From Patellaria atrata CBS 101060 (Eukaryota), in assembly GCA_010093705.1 (NCBI GenBank), contig MU006090.1, positions 310,001-374,000 on the forward strand: DNA of 64,000 bases. The letters run 5' to 3'. How positions within the stretch are numbered: position 1 is the first letter of the stretch; every line of letters starts with the position of its first letter. Positions 24,262 through 36,930 of the stretch are shown here, in pieces. The notes under the pieces were generated by a model. It was not told the origin of the DNA. It ran no database searches and worked only from the letters and a program-made list of their open reading frames with translations. Both the position numbers and the translations under genes were made by a program.

Positions 24262-25035
24262 TTAGCTATGTGTAGCGTGCGGTCCAATGCCTAGCTCCCT
24301 ATCCCTTCTCATACCTTCTAGTACAGCAACAAGCCCGCCCTGCCTCATTCTCTCAAGTACAACCTTCATGCCCTCCTTAGCATTGGGCTGGGATTTCGTA
24401 GCTCTCTTCAGTCCGATTATTTCAATGGACTTTCGTATCGACGCCGTCGACCACGACCTGAAGAAGCCAAGTCTAGCCGGCTGTTCCTCTTCATCATCGA
24501 CAGATACCGCAGCACGAGCTCTCTTCCACCTGCTTTCTCCCAACGGCGAATGCAGAGTAACTATCGTCTTGACTTCCGTCCTCTCCCCTTCCGTCTCATC
24601 AAGCAGCCCACGGGGGGCCGTGGCAACCTCAGCTGCCGCGAGAAAACTCTCCTGCCTTGGTGGACGCCGATATTCCTGCTTCTCCACAACGCTCAACACA
24701 CCCGTCCACTCAAGATTCTTACTTTGAGTCGTCATCCACCCCTCCTTCAAATTCACCACGCTCGTCTCCAGAATGTAGGCCTGAGAGTCCCCATTCGCGT
24801 TCGCCCCCAGCAGGCTCCGTGGGAGCAGCTTCAGCACGGGTGCTGGAATCTTGGAGCGCTTGAGGTGCAGGCGTGTCGTTTTGAGGGTCTGGGTTACAGG
24901 ATCGAAGTGCCGCTCGATAACATCGGTGCTTTGGACATGGCGGGAATATGGATTCGGATAGCGCAGGAAGTAGGCGAGGGTTACGGCGGGAAAGGGATAG
25001 TCGTAGCTATAGCTAGATTCGTAGAATTTCACCAT
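24262..25035 (-). CDS. UPS1: PRELI/MSF1-domain mitochondrial intermembrane-space lipid transfer protein
   Basis: MVKF...AYFLRYPNPYSRHVQSTDVIERHFD, typical of Ups1/PRELID1. Confidence 0.85.
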   Translation of the reverse strand: MVKFYESSYSYDYPFPAVTLAYFLRYPNPYSRHVQSTDVIERHFDPVTQTLKTTRLHLKRSKIPAPVLKLLPRSLLGANANGDSQAYILETSVVNLKEGWMTTQSKNLEWTGVLSVVEKQEYRRPPRQESFLAAAEVATAPRGLLDETEGERTEVKTIVTLHSPLGESRWKRARAAVSVDDEEEQPARLGFFRSWSTASIRKSIEIIGLKRATKSQPNAKEGMKVVLERMRQGGLVAVLEGMRRDRELGIGPHATHS

Positions 25036-25426
25036 GATGATCGTAGATAGTGCATTGTCGCTAATGAGGACAATTATGTGAAGGCTATTGCTGCGTCGAG
25101 AGGGTTGATACGGATAGTTGTTGATGCGGTGGAGTTGGAGAGAGGGTGATGTCGTGTGGTGCGTGGTGAAGGGAACGCTGGCGAAGGATTCTAGATGGAA
25201 GCATCCGGATAGGGAAAGATTGGCACAAGTGGCGTGAGGTGACTTTTGGGTGTGGCAGGGCGCTAGTGCGGGGAAATTTTGGCAGCGATATGTGGCTTAG
25301 CACGATTACACTTAAAGTCAAACAACCCAAACATCACGTCTCCTTGTCAATTGACAGAAACAAGCGCGTCGACGTACCCATTTTCTCCTCTAAAAGTTCT
25401 CGTAAGTATGCGCAATCGAACGCAGA

Positions 25427-28402
25427 ATGTCCAAAACCACAGAGGAGCGGGTCGAGCACGCGCTTACGGCCCTACTTGAGCGACTTCTTCCCTCTTATCC
25501 AGACGATGAGGAAGAAGACGCGGACGAGAGATTCGATACCGCTTTCAGCTTTGCGCTAGAGTCTTTACGCAGGTAAGCATACGGTTCACCATACTTGACT
25601 CCTATTAAAAGCAGTTAGTGCTGGTGACCCGCCCATTGCATCGGACATAAATCATGCCTCAGATCTAATCAACAAGAAATGTAAGGTAACTACCTGATTC
25701 GCCGAGACCGGGCTCTGATATAAGAACAGTCATTCGAGAGAACACGCCAGGGAAGGCTATTCGGTTCTCCAATCTTTATTCTAAACTTCTTACTCAGCCG
25801 GTGCTCAATCAAAAATGGGCTATGCTATATTTTCTTTACCAACTTTCTGATTCTGATACCCCTCCCATTCTCACAGAGTCCGGCTCTGCCCTGCATGAGC
25901 GACTCCAAAGTCATCGTACGAATGGTGTGATACAACCTACGTCCTCGCCGGGCTTATCTCCACAGCATTCCAACGAACGTCAGTTCATTGTGAATAGTCC
26001 TGCATTCAACGAAGCTTTTTCGAACGCTGGTCTACTGAAATTACCCAAAACAGAAGAAGAGAAGCGAGAAAAGGTCTTACCTCCTGAAAGACAGGAGAAA
26101 CCGAGCGAAAGGAGAAATGGTGCTGTGATGAAGGAAGAGGATGTCGCTGCCCCAGAGTCACCCTTAGAACATGTATCTGGACCTATGAACCCCTCGGAAC
26201 CGGCCCTTCTTAGAGATCTTCCATTTACCTTACAAGGATTGACATCTATCAATCTCGCCTTCACTGAAAAGTCTTCTCTTGTGTTCCCTACCACACTTCC
26301 CGTACCCCTGATCAGTCTTCTGCACACTTTGGTGGAACCAGCATTACTGTACCGGAATCTCTCACAATTCGTTGAATCGTCCGAAGGCGGCCTTGTGGGT
26401 CAGAGTTTTCGTTCAGCACTTGGCATTGAATTGCGAGCATATCTAGGACTTGTAGCGACTTTGGAGGGACAGATCAGAAGAGCACTGGCCATGTTGGATG
26501 ATTCTCAACCTCGTCATGGTATTGGCAAAGCAGGGGTAACACTTAAACGCTGCGTCATCTGGACGCGAGATGCAACTATGGGACTCCGGCTTATGAGCGC
26601 AATGGTAGAAAACTCTAAGGGTATGGTCACTAGCTAACCCTCTCACACATAGCTAACATTCCTTAGGGAAAAAGGGTGGTGAGCTCATTTCATTAATACA
26701 TTCATTTTCTCTTTCACACGGCGACCCATTCGTGGGAGGTTTCGCGGAGCGACTCCTTTCCCACGTTACGAGACCTTTTTATGACATGCTACGACAATGG
26801 ATTTATGATGGCGAACTCTCTGATCCGTACCAAGAATTCTTTGTTCTTGAACATCACGAGCGGAACGATGATGAGATTACGAATGGAGAAAACCGAAAGG
26901 GCGGTGCGACCAGTGTGTGGGATGAGAAATACACCCTCAACAAGCGCATGGTGCCGTCTATAGTAACCGAGGAATTCTCAAATAAAGTCTTCCTTATTGG
27001 GAAAACGCTCAATTTCATCCGTCACAGTTGCGGTGATGCGGCATGGGTGGTATCCTATTCCAAGGAAGCATCTCGGGAGTTGCGCTACGGGGATACAGCA
27101 GCACTTGAACGATCCATCGGCGAGGCATACAAAACCACAATGGCGCGTCTGATCCATCTAATGGCCGATAAGTTCAAACTCTTCGATCATCTACAGGCCC
27201 TAAAGAAGTATATCCTTCTCGGCGCCGGCGACTTCATTGCCGTCCTAATGGAGTCACTATCTTCAAACCTGGACCGACCCGCCAACACCCAATACCGCCA
27301 CACCCTGACCGCGCAACTCGAACACGCCGTCCGCAACTCAAACGCGCAATTCGACTCCCCCGACGTCCTCCGTCGACTTGACTCCCGCATGCTCGAACTG
27401 TCGCACGGCGAAATCGGCTGGGACGTATTCACGCTCGAATATAAGATCGACGCGCCCGTCGATGTCATCGTCACCCCTTACGGCACAAAGCAGTACCTGA
27501 AAGTCTTCAACTTCCTCTGGCGCGTCAAGCGCGTCGAGTTCGAGCTCGGGAGCACCTGGCGCCGCTGTATGACCGGCTGCCGCGGCGTCCTTGGGTCCGT
27601 CGAGGATAAGTTAGGCGCGGACTGGAAGCGCGTGAGAGGCGGCATCGCGGAGATGATACATTTCGTGAACCAGCTGCAGTATTACATCCTCTTCGAGGTC
27701 ATCGAGGCCAGTTGGTCTGATTTGCAAGCCGCGATGCGCAAGCCAGAATCCACCCTCGACGACCTGATATCCGCCCACGCGAAGTATCTCAACAGCATTA
27801 CGCGTAAGGGCCTCCTTGGTGCCGGTGGCGCAGTGGACTTCACGAATCAGCTCCACGAGCTGCTGAAGATTATGCTCGGCTACAAAGAGGCCGTCGATGG
27901 CCTCTACGGCGCCAGCGTCGCCGAATTCACCCGTCGCCAGGAACTCGCTGCAAGAGTGGAGAACCGCACCGCGAAGGGCGGGTGGGGCATCACGGAGCGG
28001 GACGACGAGAACAGCGACGCGGGCACGCCCCTCTCCCTCAAACCCTCAATTAAGGGCGGTAAAGGGAGAGGGTCCACCGATTCCCCGTTTCCTCTGTCCG
28101 CCGCCGCGTTGGGCTTCACCGAAGGTGGCGAGAGCGAGGATTTGCTGCTTCAGGGCCTGAGGACGAGACTGAGCGCGCTGAATGCAGATTTTAAGGCGAG
28201 GGTCAATGTGCTGTTGGGAGATTTATACCATCAGCCTGATGCGGATATGCGGTGGTTGGCGATGGTTATGAATTTCAATGATGTGTATCAGCCTGTGAGG
28301 AGGAAGAGGGGGGTGAAGGGAAGGGAGAGGGAGAGGGGGAGTGTGAGGGAGACGCCTGCGGTGGGTAAGGAGAGGGGTGAGGAGGCTGCGAAGGCTAAGT
28401 AA
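25427..28402 (+). CDS. SPC98: Gamma-tubulin complex component 3 (Spc98/Alp6/GCP3); exons 25427-25572, 25619-25680, 25730-26620, 26667-28402
   Basis: WIYDGELSDPYQEFF, IGKTLNFIR, LLGAGDF, GWDVFTLEYKIDAP, YLKVFNFLWRVKRVE; splice sites checked for frame. Confidence 0.9.
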
Positions 28403-28591
28403 AGTGGAGGTCACACAGACACCACTTTGGGGTTGTTAAGGGAATGTCGATGTGCAGATGAGACATGTGGTGTACATTGGATGATACCATATGTGCTGAA
28501 TAGCTAAATTAGTATTGTTGACCATTTCCATAAAGTTTCTCTCCTCCCGCGCTATTGTAACCAAGGGCAACTTAAATTGCCATATCATGCC

Positions 28592-30391
28592 TCAAATATC
28601 GCCCCAACCGGGATTTACCGGCGTAGTAATGGGTACCTTCAAGGGATACGTAGACTCGTCATCCTTGTCATCTGAGCTCTCGCTGCTGGAGTCCGAATCC
28701 GATTCCGAAGAGCTACTTCCGCTTCCCGAAGAGCTCCCGGAAGAGCTGCTTTCCTCATCGCTGCTCTCACTATCCGATGACTCCGCAGGCGACGGAATAG
28801 ACATATCGTTGTCGCTGCTATCGCTCTGCAGTGTCCGGCTCTTCCGGCTACGCTTCCGCTTCACGGGAGCCCCATTGCCCGGGCCGATCCCGTTTCGGAC
28901 TCCGTTGCCGACGGCGACATCATCACCGAAGCTGATCTTCGTAGGCGCGATGGCGCTGCGACGGGGCTGAGTAAGAACGACACCATTGAAGGTCTCGGAT
29001 GGAGGCAGAACCTGTTGTTCTCTCTCCAGATGGGGTTGGTGGTGTTGCTGAAGCGATTTCTGCTCCGCAGGTACAGGATGCGGAACGGGTCCGAGTGCCT
29101 GCAAGATCATCTCGGCTCGTTGACGTTTATATACGCGTTCGTCTGCGTCCGAGTCTTGCTCTGCCGCGGCGTCCTGCTCCCGTCGGCGCTTTTTGGCGTT
29201 CTTGAGATGCTTGCGTAGCGCATCATCATGGGCGGCTTTCCGGGCGGCAGGGGTGTCCATAGTGGATTCGGAAGCACCGTCGATGACTTCTTGAGCAGTG
29301 ACGCGGAGACGGGATTTTGCAGATTCGCCTCGGAGACCGGAGATATAAGCTTTAAGCGCGGGATCGTGGGAGTGCGGGATGAGCGAGATGTCGAAGAGAT
29401 GTTTCAGAAGTTGGGATTGGTGGACCTTATGGAATTTCCAGGCTGAACGGTTGGTGTGGTATGTTTGAAGGTACTCAAGGTATGGCGGTATAGGGGTAGT
29501 TGTGAGTTTGTTGTCTACCTGAGAGTTGGTCTTATCGGGAGACTTCCCACTACAGGAAGGTGCGTCGGTATCTTCCTTCGACTCACCCTTCTTTGGCTTT
29601 TTCTTCTTTTTAGTTTCTTTCTCTGATGACTTGTCGTTTTTCAGAGACTCCCGGTAGGCCCAAAATTCCTCCCTCGTAAGGTTCTTCTGGTCACGGCCTT
29701 CTCCGAGATTCTCTTTGATCCAGTCGTCTAGAAGCTGCTGCGTTCGAGAACCATCCTCAGTCTTGACATCAGCCGTGAATGTTACGGATTTACGCCGTTT
29801 TGGAGTTGCTTCAGTAGGGTTCTCCTCTGCTATTGCTTGCGGCTGTTTCTGATTGGAGTCGTTTTGACCTTGATCCCGCTTTGATGAGATGGATTTAGAA
29901 CTTGGACTACTGTTGACTACGGTATCGCCGTTGCTAGGATTAGTTGAGGCCCCCTTAGGCGTTTTAGTCTTCTTAGACCTCTTCCCGTTTGTAGATGGTT
30001 CATCATGGTTCTCTCGAACCTCAGTCAGCTGACATGATATTGGAGTGTTGACTCCAACGACACCATCGCCATTACTTCTTGAAGTTTGCGCTTCGTCTTC
30101 TTCATCTGAAAGTTTCCTTCTCTTCGAAGGCTTCTTAGGCGTATGAAACTCTTCTACATGTACCTTGCTCTTCCGAGAAGCGGGTGCATCAGATGTGGCT
30201 GTGCTGGACTTCTCTTTCCCGAGAGATGCACCCGGGGCCGCACGATCATAATCATTCTCTAGAGGTCTTTTCTTATTTCCCTTTCCAGATGCAGCGGCAA
30301 TGCCGTTGGAAGCTTGACTGGGTTCATTGGCATTCTTTAATTTCAATCCCAAGCGCTTCCAGGCAGGCACATGGGGGGTATAGGTCGTCAT
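28592..30391 (-). CDS. WKF-domain (DUF2373/C7orf50-like) probable nucleolar protein; 3' end uncertain
   Basis: N-terminal HVPAWKRLGLKLK; YLEYLQTYHTNRSAWKFHKVHQSQLLKHLF...YISGLRG; Lys-rich and Ser/Asp-rich tracts. Confidence 0.75.
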   Translation of the reverse strand: MTTYTPHVPAWKRLGLKLKNANEPSQASNGIAAASGKGNKKRPLENDYDRAAPGASLGKEKSSTATSDAPASRKSKVHVEEFHTPKKPSKRRKLSDEEDEAQTSRSNGDGVVGVNTPISCQLTEVRENHDEPSTNGKRSKKTKTPKGASTNPSNGDTVVNSSPSSKSISSKRDQGQNDSNQKQPQAIAEENPTEATPKRRKSVTFTADVKTEDGSRTQQLLDDWIKENLGEGRDQKNLTREEFWAYRESLKNDKSSEKETKKKKKPKKGESKEDTDAPSCSGKSPDKTNSQVDNKLTTTPIPPYLEYLQTYHTNRSAWKFHKVHQSQLLKHLFDISLIPHSHDPALKAYISGLRGESAKSRLRVTAQEVIDGASESTMDTPAARKAAHDDALRKHLKNAKKRRREQDAAAEQDSDADERVYKRQRAEMILQALGPVPHPVPAEQKSLQQHHQPHLEREQQVLPPSETFNGVVLTQPRRSAIAPTKISFGDDVAVGNGVRNGIGPGNGAPVKRKRSRKSRTLQSDSSDNDMSIPSPAESSDSESSDEESSSSGSSSGSGSSSSESDSDSSSESSDDKDDESTYPLKVPITTPVNPGWGDI

Positions 30392-30796
30392 CTGGCCGAG
30401 GCAAGTTGGTAAACAAGATACTTTTAGATCGGATAGATCCGTATTTAAATGGATCACATACGAGATCAATTGCTCTAACGGGAATGCCGCAAGGCAGATT
30501 CGTCAATCAGCTGTATGATACATTCGCATCGCATGAAAAGTGCAAAGAGAAGTTGAAATCCAGATGGATAAAATTTCTCTCATTGGTCGGATTGGTGACC
30601 GTGCGTTACGCTCGGCGATTCGCGAACTCCGAAGTTGAAGTTGATGCTTTGCTGCGTTTCAAGGCTTCAGCAACACGCGCAACACCCAGAAGACCATCAC
30701 GAATCAAGCATAAACCCTCACGACGCCGCACTTGTACGTCGTTCACCCCAAACTCTACGCCGATAGACAGCTACATCTTTAAGATATAAGTTCACC

Positions 30797-32063
30797 ATGT
30801 CCGGTATGTTCACAGTCGATCCTGTACCTCAGAAGCTGAAGAGCTGTTGATCTGTTTGCGAAGCTCAAAGAGCTATCAAGCTAATCATGCTCCAGGAAGC
30901 GCAGGATATGACAGACATATCACAATCTTCTCCGATCAAGGTCGTCTATATCAAGTCGGTCCGTACTCCCATCTTTTGCCTCCCATAATGCCCCCATGTT
31001 CCTCATACCGATGTTGTGGTGCTGTCTCCACTGAGCAAGTGAACCGACGGCCATACATTCCCTCCTCTCACGGTCATCTACGAATAAGCAAACATTTCAT
31101 CTAGTGATTATACTCTGCGCACAAGACATAGTGGATCTTTTTTGAAGCTCCACCCTCCGTCGTTGATTTCGACTCCATTTCGATATCATTTTTCTAGAGG
31201 GGAATAAGTAGCTGATATAATCATCTACGTTTAGAATATGCTTTTAAGGCAATTACGGCGGCCAATATTACATCTGTGGGAGTACGAGGCAAAAACTGTG
31301 CCGTGGTCTTGTCCCAAAAGAAGGTTCCCGTCAGTACTCACATCGCACTACACCGACTCTTGCTCCCAACTTACTAAATATGTCATACAGGACAAGCTCA
31401 TTGACCCTAGCTCAGTTTCTTACGTCTATAAGCTCTCTCCATCAGTTGGTTGCGTGATGACCGGATCAATAGCGGATGCACGAGCTTCCGTTAACAGGGC
31501 CCGGGGTGAGGCTGCTGAATTCAGGTACAAGTTCGGATATGAGATGCCTTGTGATGTATTGGCAAAGAGATTGGCCAATATATCACAGGTGTACACGCAG
31601 AGAGTAAGCAGACCAACCCTTATCGGACATGTAGATATTTGGGTCCATGATGCTATGACGCTAACACGAGCTCCAGGCATATATGCGTCCCTTGGGTGTG
31701 GCGACAACCTTGATCTCGGTCGATTCCGAATATGGACCCCAATTGTATAAGTGCGACCCTGCTGGTTATTACGTGGGATACAAGGCAACCGCGTCTGGTC
31801 CGAAGACCCAAGAGGCATTGAATTTCCTGGAAAAGAAATTAAAGAACAAGGAGCACGCGGAAGGAACATGGGAGGATGTTGTGGAACTCGGAATCACTAC
31901 ACTGAGTACCGTTCTGAGTGTTGATTTTAAGAAGGGCGAATTGGAAGTCGGGATTGTAGGTGGCCCGCGAGCTGATGGCAAGGAAGGAACGGATCCGGAA
32001 TTCAGAGCACTTACAGAAGAAGAGATCGACGAACGTCTGCAAGCCATCGCCGACAAGGACTGA
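30797..32063 (+). CDS. SCL1: 20S proteasome subunit alpha1; exons 30797-30803, 30896-30958, 31235-31329, 31391-31603, 31677-32063
   Basis: [64 protein letters not shown]. Confidence 0.95.
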
Positions 32064-33536
32064 GGGTGATGATTTGTCGCTCCTGGGAGTACATGATGCG
32101 GATCACGATAAGCTTTCCCCGGCTAGTCGATGGTAATGCATCAGACGAGATTTTGTATCACCTTCGGCGCTGGACAAGGATCAAGTTCGGTTGACAGTTC
32201 GACAGAAGCTAGCATTTAGTAGAGGATAAACGGTTCAGCATGGCATTTCAGCCCCCGTTTATGGAGAGCGAATGGAGATGGTAGCAGAAGTGATTGAATG
32301 TGGAGTGTATGTATCACTAGCCCTCCAAAATATCTTCAAACATGCGTCCCAGCCGTTGCATCATTACTCAGTACAGCCAGCCAAAATATCTCGCGTACCT
32401 GCGTACCTGCATCTTTGTTTCTTGGAGTTTCCCGACAATAGTAGCGCTTTCAGCGTCTCACTGGGAGGAGAATTTGCAGCCGCACCAACGCACAGCCCTA
32501 TCGTGTGCTCGGTTCAGGAGTGCGCTGGCCCACACCCGGTCCTGCTGGCTTTCCCCCCCCCCCTCCCCAGAACCTAGGGTCGATCTAAGCATCGCACAAG
32601 ATCTCTAACCTTCCAGTCGGATTGTGGAGTTTCGAGTGGATTTAGGGATACAAATGTTGCTTTGGGGTTCAGCAGGCGCACGCGACGCCATCGTACTAAT
32701 TCCCGTCTATTCAATCATTAACTTATTCGCCTTCCCTCCAATCCCATTTCGCCGGTGAATTCTTTACCTGACAGTTCTTACCGAACCCTGGTGGTCTTGG
32801 CTTTGAAATTACCGCAACGGGAATGGTCCGGTCCGAAATTGGCGTTGTGGCGTTCCTTCGCGAAGCTGAAATGATAGCTCGTCTCAGTCGCTCTGAGCTG
32901 CCACTCAGTCCACTCTCATCACTCTTCCAGGCACCACCGGTCACTGGTCAACTCGAAGAGAGCGGAGGAAACTATTCCTAGGCCACCCTAAGCCCCGTAC
33001 CTGAGGCTCACAAGCTCGTGACATTGGTTATACTTGCGGATATCCAGCTTTCTACTCCCAAACACTATTTACGCTGCTCATAGTACAATCTAACCCCGTA
33101 ACTATCCATCCCGCTCATCCCAGTGGAGCCGCTCCAGTTACTGAATTCAAGTCCCATGAAAGAGTCTTGATTTTACTGTCCCTTGCGATGCTGAATCGTT
33201 CGCCACAGCTGGAATGTGGACACACAACCGTTACTCGCAGCAATGTGGCTGAAGATACTGCCCTGAACTATGGTTCATTGCTGATAGATACACTTATTGA
33301 TATGGGAATATCGTCTCTCTGTATACTGTCGACATCGCTTATAAAATGTGGAAGCTATCTCTCGTTGAGATGAGAGATATTGCAATCAAACAATCCCGTC
33401 CATTCACTTCTGCATTTTCGCCTTTCCCTTACGAGCCTCTTCCCTGCTTTTGTATCTCTCTCGCTACAAATTCCTTCCTTCAGTTCCCCCTCCTTATCAC
33501 TAGTGACCCAACTAATTTACTATACTCACCAATACA

Positions 33537-34380
33537 ATGAGTGACGGACGTAAGTTCAGGAAAACCCTTTCCACATGACTATATCTATCAGATACGGTCC
33601 TTTGCTATGGCAGCCATGCTAAGATGTCTCCGGAACCAGTCAACGAGGCCCGCGCTATGCGCGTTGCAGAGATTATCTCTGACTTCAGGAACCTACAGCA
33701 TTACATTGCTCAGATCAATGCGTCCCCTTCTGCGGAAGAATACTATCTGGAAGGCTACGCTCTCCTCCGACAGTGTGCGGTTGAAGCGCAGTCTGTTCTT
33801 GCACAACCCTTTTCCGCTTCTGCAGCATCTCCCAGAGGTGACTCTGAGATGGAAAAGCAGCAACTGAGATCGTAAGAGTCCCTTTCTTCTTTTCAGAGAC
33901 TTCTCTTTCTTCGTCCAACCTCCTGAAACCGGAAGGTTGAGGCTCTGACGTGGCATGGGAGACTGACCAAACTTTACAAATCAGCATTCTCTACGATGCC
34001 GCAGTACGACGATTTCAAAGTCATCGAACCTATCTACGTGCAACTGCCGCGATGCGCTGGATCAACTCCAGGAACGGTGTGTTGAGGGGTCAAAAGCCGC
34101 ATGCCGGCCACACTGCAGCCTTACAACAGGTCGATAGTACACTGCGAGCGGTATGTTATCTCATTTCATCTCCCCATCCTCAATATTGTGTAGAATGCTT
34201 CTGTAAACGATGCTTTCAACCTCCTATTCCGCTTGTGCTGATGAACTTGGCCTGTAGGAGCTCGCAAGCATTACGGACCAGGCTGTTGAGTACGCTCTTC
34301 GCACACAGGATGCAGGCGAAGGCAAATGGCTCGATGAGGATCCGTCGCTCGCACATATTGTACAGATGCTACGTCGATGA
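33537..34380 (+). CDS. Hypothetical helical protein (~178 aa); exons 33537-33549, 33640-33871, ~33985-34150, 34258-34380
   Basis: Three GT-AG introns with branch sites join to MSDGLNEARAMRVAEIISDFRNLQHY...DPSLAHIVQMLRR*. Confidence 0.7.
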
Positions 34381-35189
34381 ACGATACCTGAAGTCAATAA
34401 TCTAAGCTCGCGCTACTGGCTAGCCTTCCACACGACTCAGGTACTCCGCAGTGTGCCTTCCTTGTTTGGCTTCAACACTACTTTTAGTTCCTCTTCAACT
34501 ACCGCAGCCAGCTATAACTTCATCCGCAGCATATCCAGCGCCTTCGTCAGCTTTCTCGGTACCGGTCTTTTTCGATCATTCTACTCCTGTTTCATCTTTT
34601 GTTCTATTCCAACAGAGTCTTTCCTTTCAAAGTCCTGGCGACATACCCCCCTTCTATGGTGCTTGAGCAACCATCACCATTAGAAGACAGCATTCTTATT
34701 AGCATTTCTAGGCGTTCATTTGGGTTGGCAATACTGGTTTCCCCTTGGAACGAGCAAGCCGTAATCGGCACGGATTGGATATCAAATAATGCGGAATACG
34801 CATATGTGGGAAAAGTTAGGATGGAATTCTATATCACTCGTTGTAATCTTCAGTTGGGTTGAGCGGCTCACACCTATAAACACTTCCAACAATCGTTATA
34901 CCCTTAAAACACACCTCTTCAGTCCGTTCTAGACAAAGTTACAATTGACAGTGCTATAGACTTTTATCACCAGCGTTTTTTGTCTTTTAACACAGCAAAT
35001 AATGTCTAAAACTCCAACAATCATTCTTATAATATTCGACCAGTTAGGGAAAACTAGACGTAGAAACGTTGATCATTCACCTCTATTACCCGAATACCGT
35101 ACACCAAATACGACTCAAGGTCTACCTTTATAGGCATGATAATCAGAATATACTATATTTTTAATACGAGAAGGGGCTCTCGCTTGCAT

Positions 35190-35440
35190 CTAGTTTACCC
35201 CTGTGTCAATCCTCAGCCGCACGCTGTATAGTTTTACTACAATAAAAATACAGTCAGCGAAGCGACCGTATTTCACACGAATACTGCCACACATTATCTC
35301 CGATACTCGGTTCCATGTCTCAATGTCGATCTCAAGCGCTGGAATCTGTCCATCAACAATAGGCCCGTCGACTAGGGGTAGCTCCTACTTGTTACGGTGT
35401 CGGGGTTTACGAGCCAGCTCACTTAGCATCTCTGCTGTGT
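35190..35440 (-). pseudogene. Decayed coding relic
   Basis: Protein-like frame AEMLSELARKPRHRNK*ELPLVDGPIVDGQIPALEIDIETWNRVSEIMCGSIRVKYGRFADCIFIVV interrupted by TAG, in TpA-rich surroundings. Confidence 0.3.
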
Positions 35441-36000
35441 GATTATCTTGATAAAGGTAGTAGGATCAAGTCTTTACAATTATATTTGGCTTGTATAACC
35501 ATTTTCTCTCCGTAAGGAATTATAGGGATCTCATTTGTTGTATCAATGAGCCTTCAACGCCGAATATACGGACTAGAACGAGAGTACGTACGACAAGAAG
35601 TGCAAAGATGACAAGAACCCATCTTATACTCTCCCGTCCTCCAGATATAACCCTAGTTACTAATTAGGGACGACAAGAGCGCATCAGCTCCATAACTGCG
35701 AGCGGGACTCCCCAAAGGTACTATACTATATTATACCACCCAGCGCATCACAATCCAAGAGAGCGAGCTACACATCACCAAACCCTACACAACGCTATGA
35801 TCTCCTCGCGAGCACCAACACCAGCAGAACCAGCAGAATCTCCTATAAAACCGTTGTATCTTAACTCCATCACGAGGAGATCACCAGGATACTTGGGACG
35901 TATATGATCTCTTCACTATCATAAGTAGCAGGAACTTTCTTACTCTTTAAGGACCGGGGTATTTCCATTCGTATATACCATCTAGTTAATCCGTCAACTT

Positions 36001-36046
36001 CCCCCCCCCCCCCCCCCCCCCCCCCACAAAAAAAAAAAAAAAAAAA
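36001..36046. repeat. Homopolymer pair C25-AC-A19
   Basis: Read directly. Confidence 0.95.
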
Positions 36047-36930
36047 GGTCGTCTCTCACTTACTAAACACATGTAGCCAACAGACACCGCATATCCAACC
36101 CACCACAGAGAACTCTGAACGCGTCTATCTCAGGTCCGCAAACCGATAGAGAGACGTGCATATCTAGACACTGACCACGCTACGACAAAAATAAACGGTA
36201 CCAGGGAGGCTACAACGGACCATAGATATATTCTTCACGAACGATCCAAAGTTCTCCATCGGTCTCCCTCCCCACTCGCGTCCCGTCTTTTTCGTGATAT
36301 CGGGGCTGATACCAGAGACGGGAGATGGGAACGGTTATCGCAGTCACGGAAAGGGGTGATGTCAGAGATCGAGATATCGTAGGTATAAGTGTATAGTGTG
36401 TAAGCAAGGTAGTTTAGCAGCGCTATGGGGGGGATGAGGGGTAGAAAACGGAACCGGGTATAGCGATCGCGAGCGGATGGGTTTCTTGGGTTCGCGTGGT
36501 TGTCGTAGTTGAGGGGGGATTGTTTATGTTACTGGACTGTACGCTCGCTGCCAAAATGCGCGATATATCCGACTTCCGAACAAGAAAGCTGGAAACGTAC
36601 GGTTGCCACAAAGGGGTTAACACCACAGCTACGGTAACGTAGGATCAACAGTCTCGGTAGTTATCCAGCAAGGATATTTGATTCGAGGCAAACCAAACCT
36701 CATGGAGATATAGAAGTAAAGCCAATCATTGAACTGTGATATATTCTCTCAACCCGAGATCATATACAAAGCGCCTGCCCACCTATTCAGCAGGCCTAAG
36801 ACGCCTCCAACGCCGCACAAGAAAGTGCCATTATGCCCTACGCCAGCAAACAATAGACAAGAAAATAGAACCAGGTATTCGAGGTATACATGAACACAAA
36901 ACGGGTTGACGCAGCAGCCCAACTCACGAC

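Noticed and set aside
30959..31234. Possible snoRNA in the long proteasome alpha1 intron
   Set aside because: Only a degenerate C box (GTGATTA); the CTGA coincides with the branch site.
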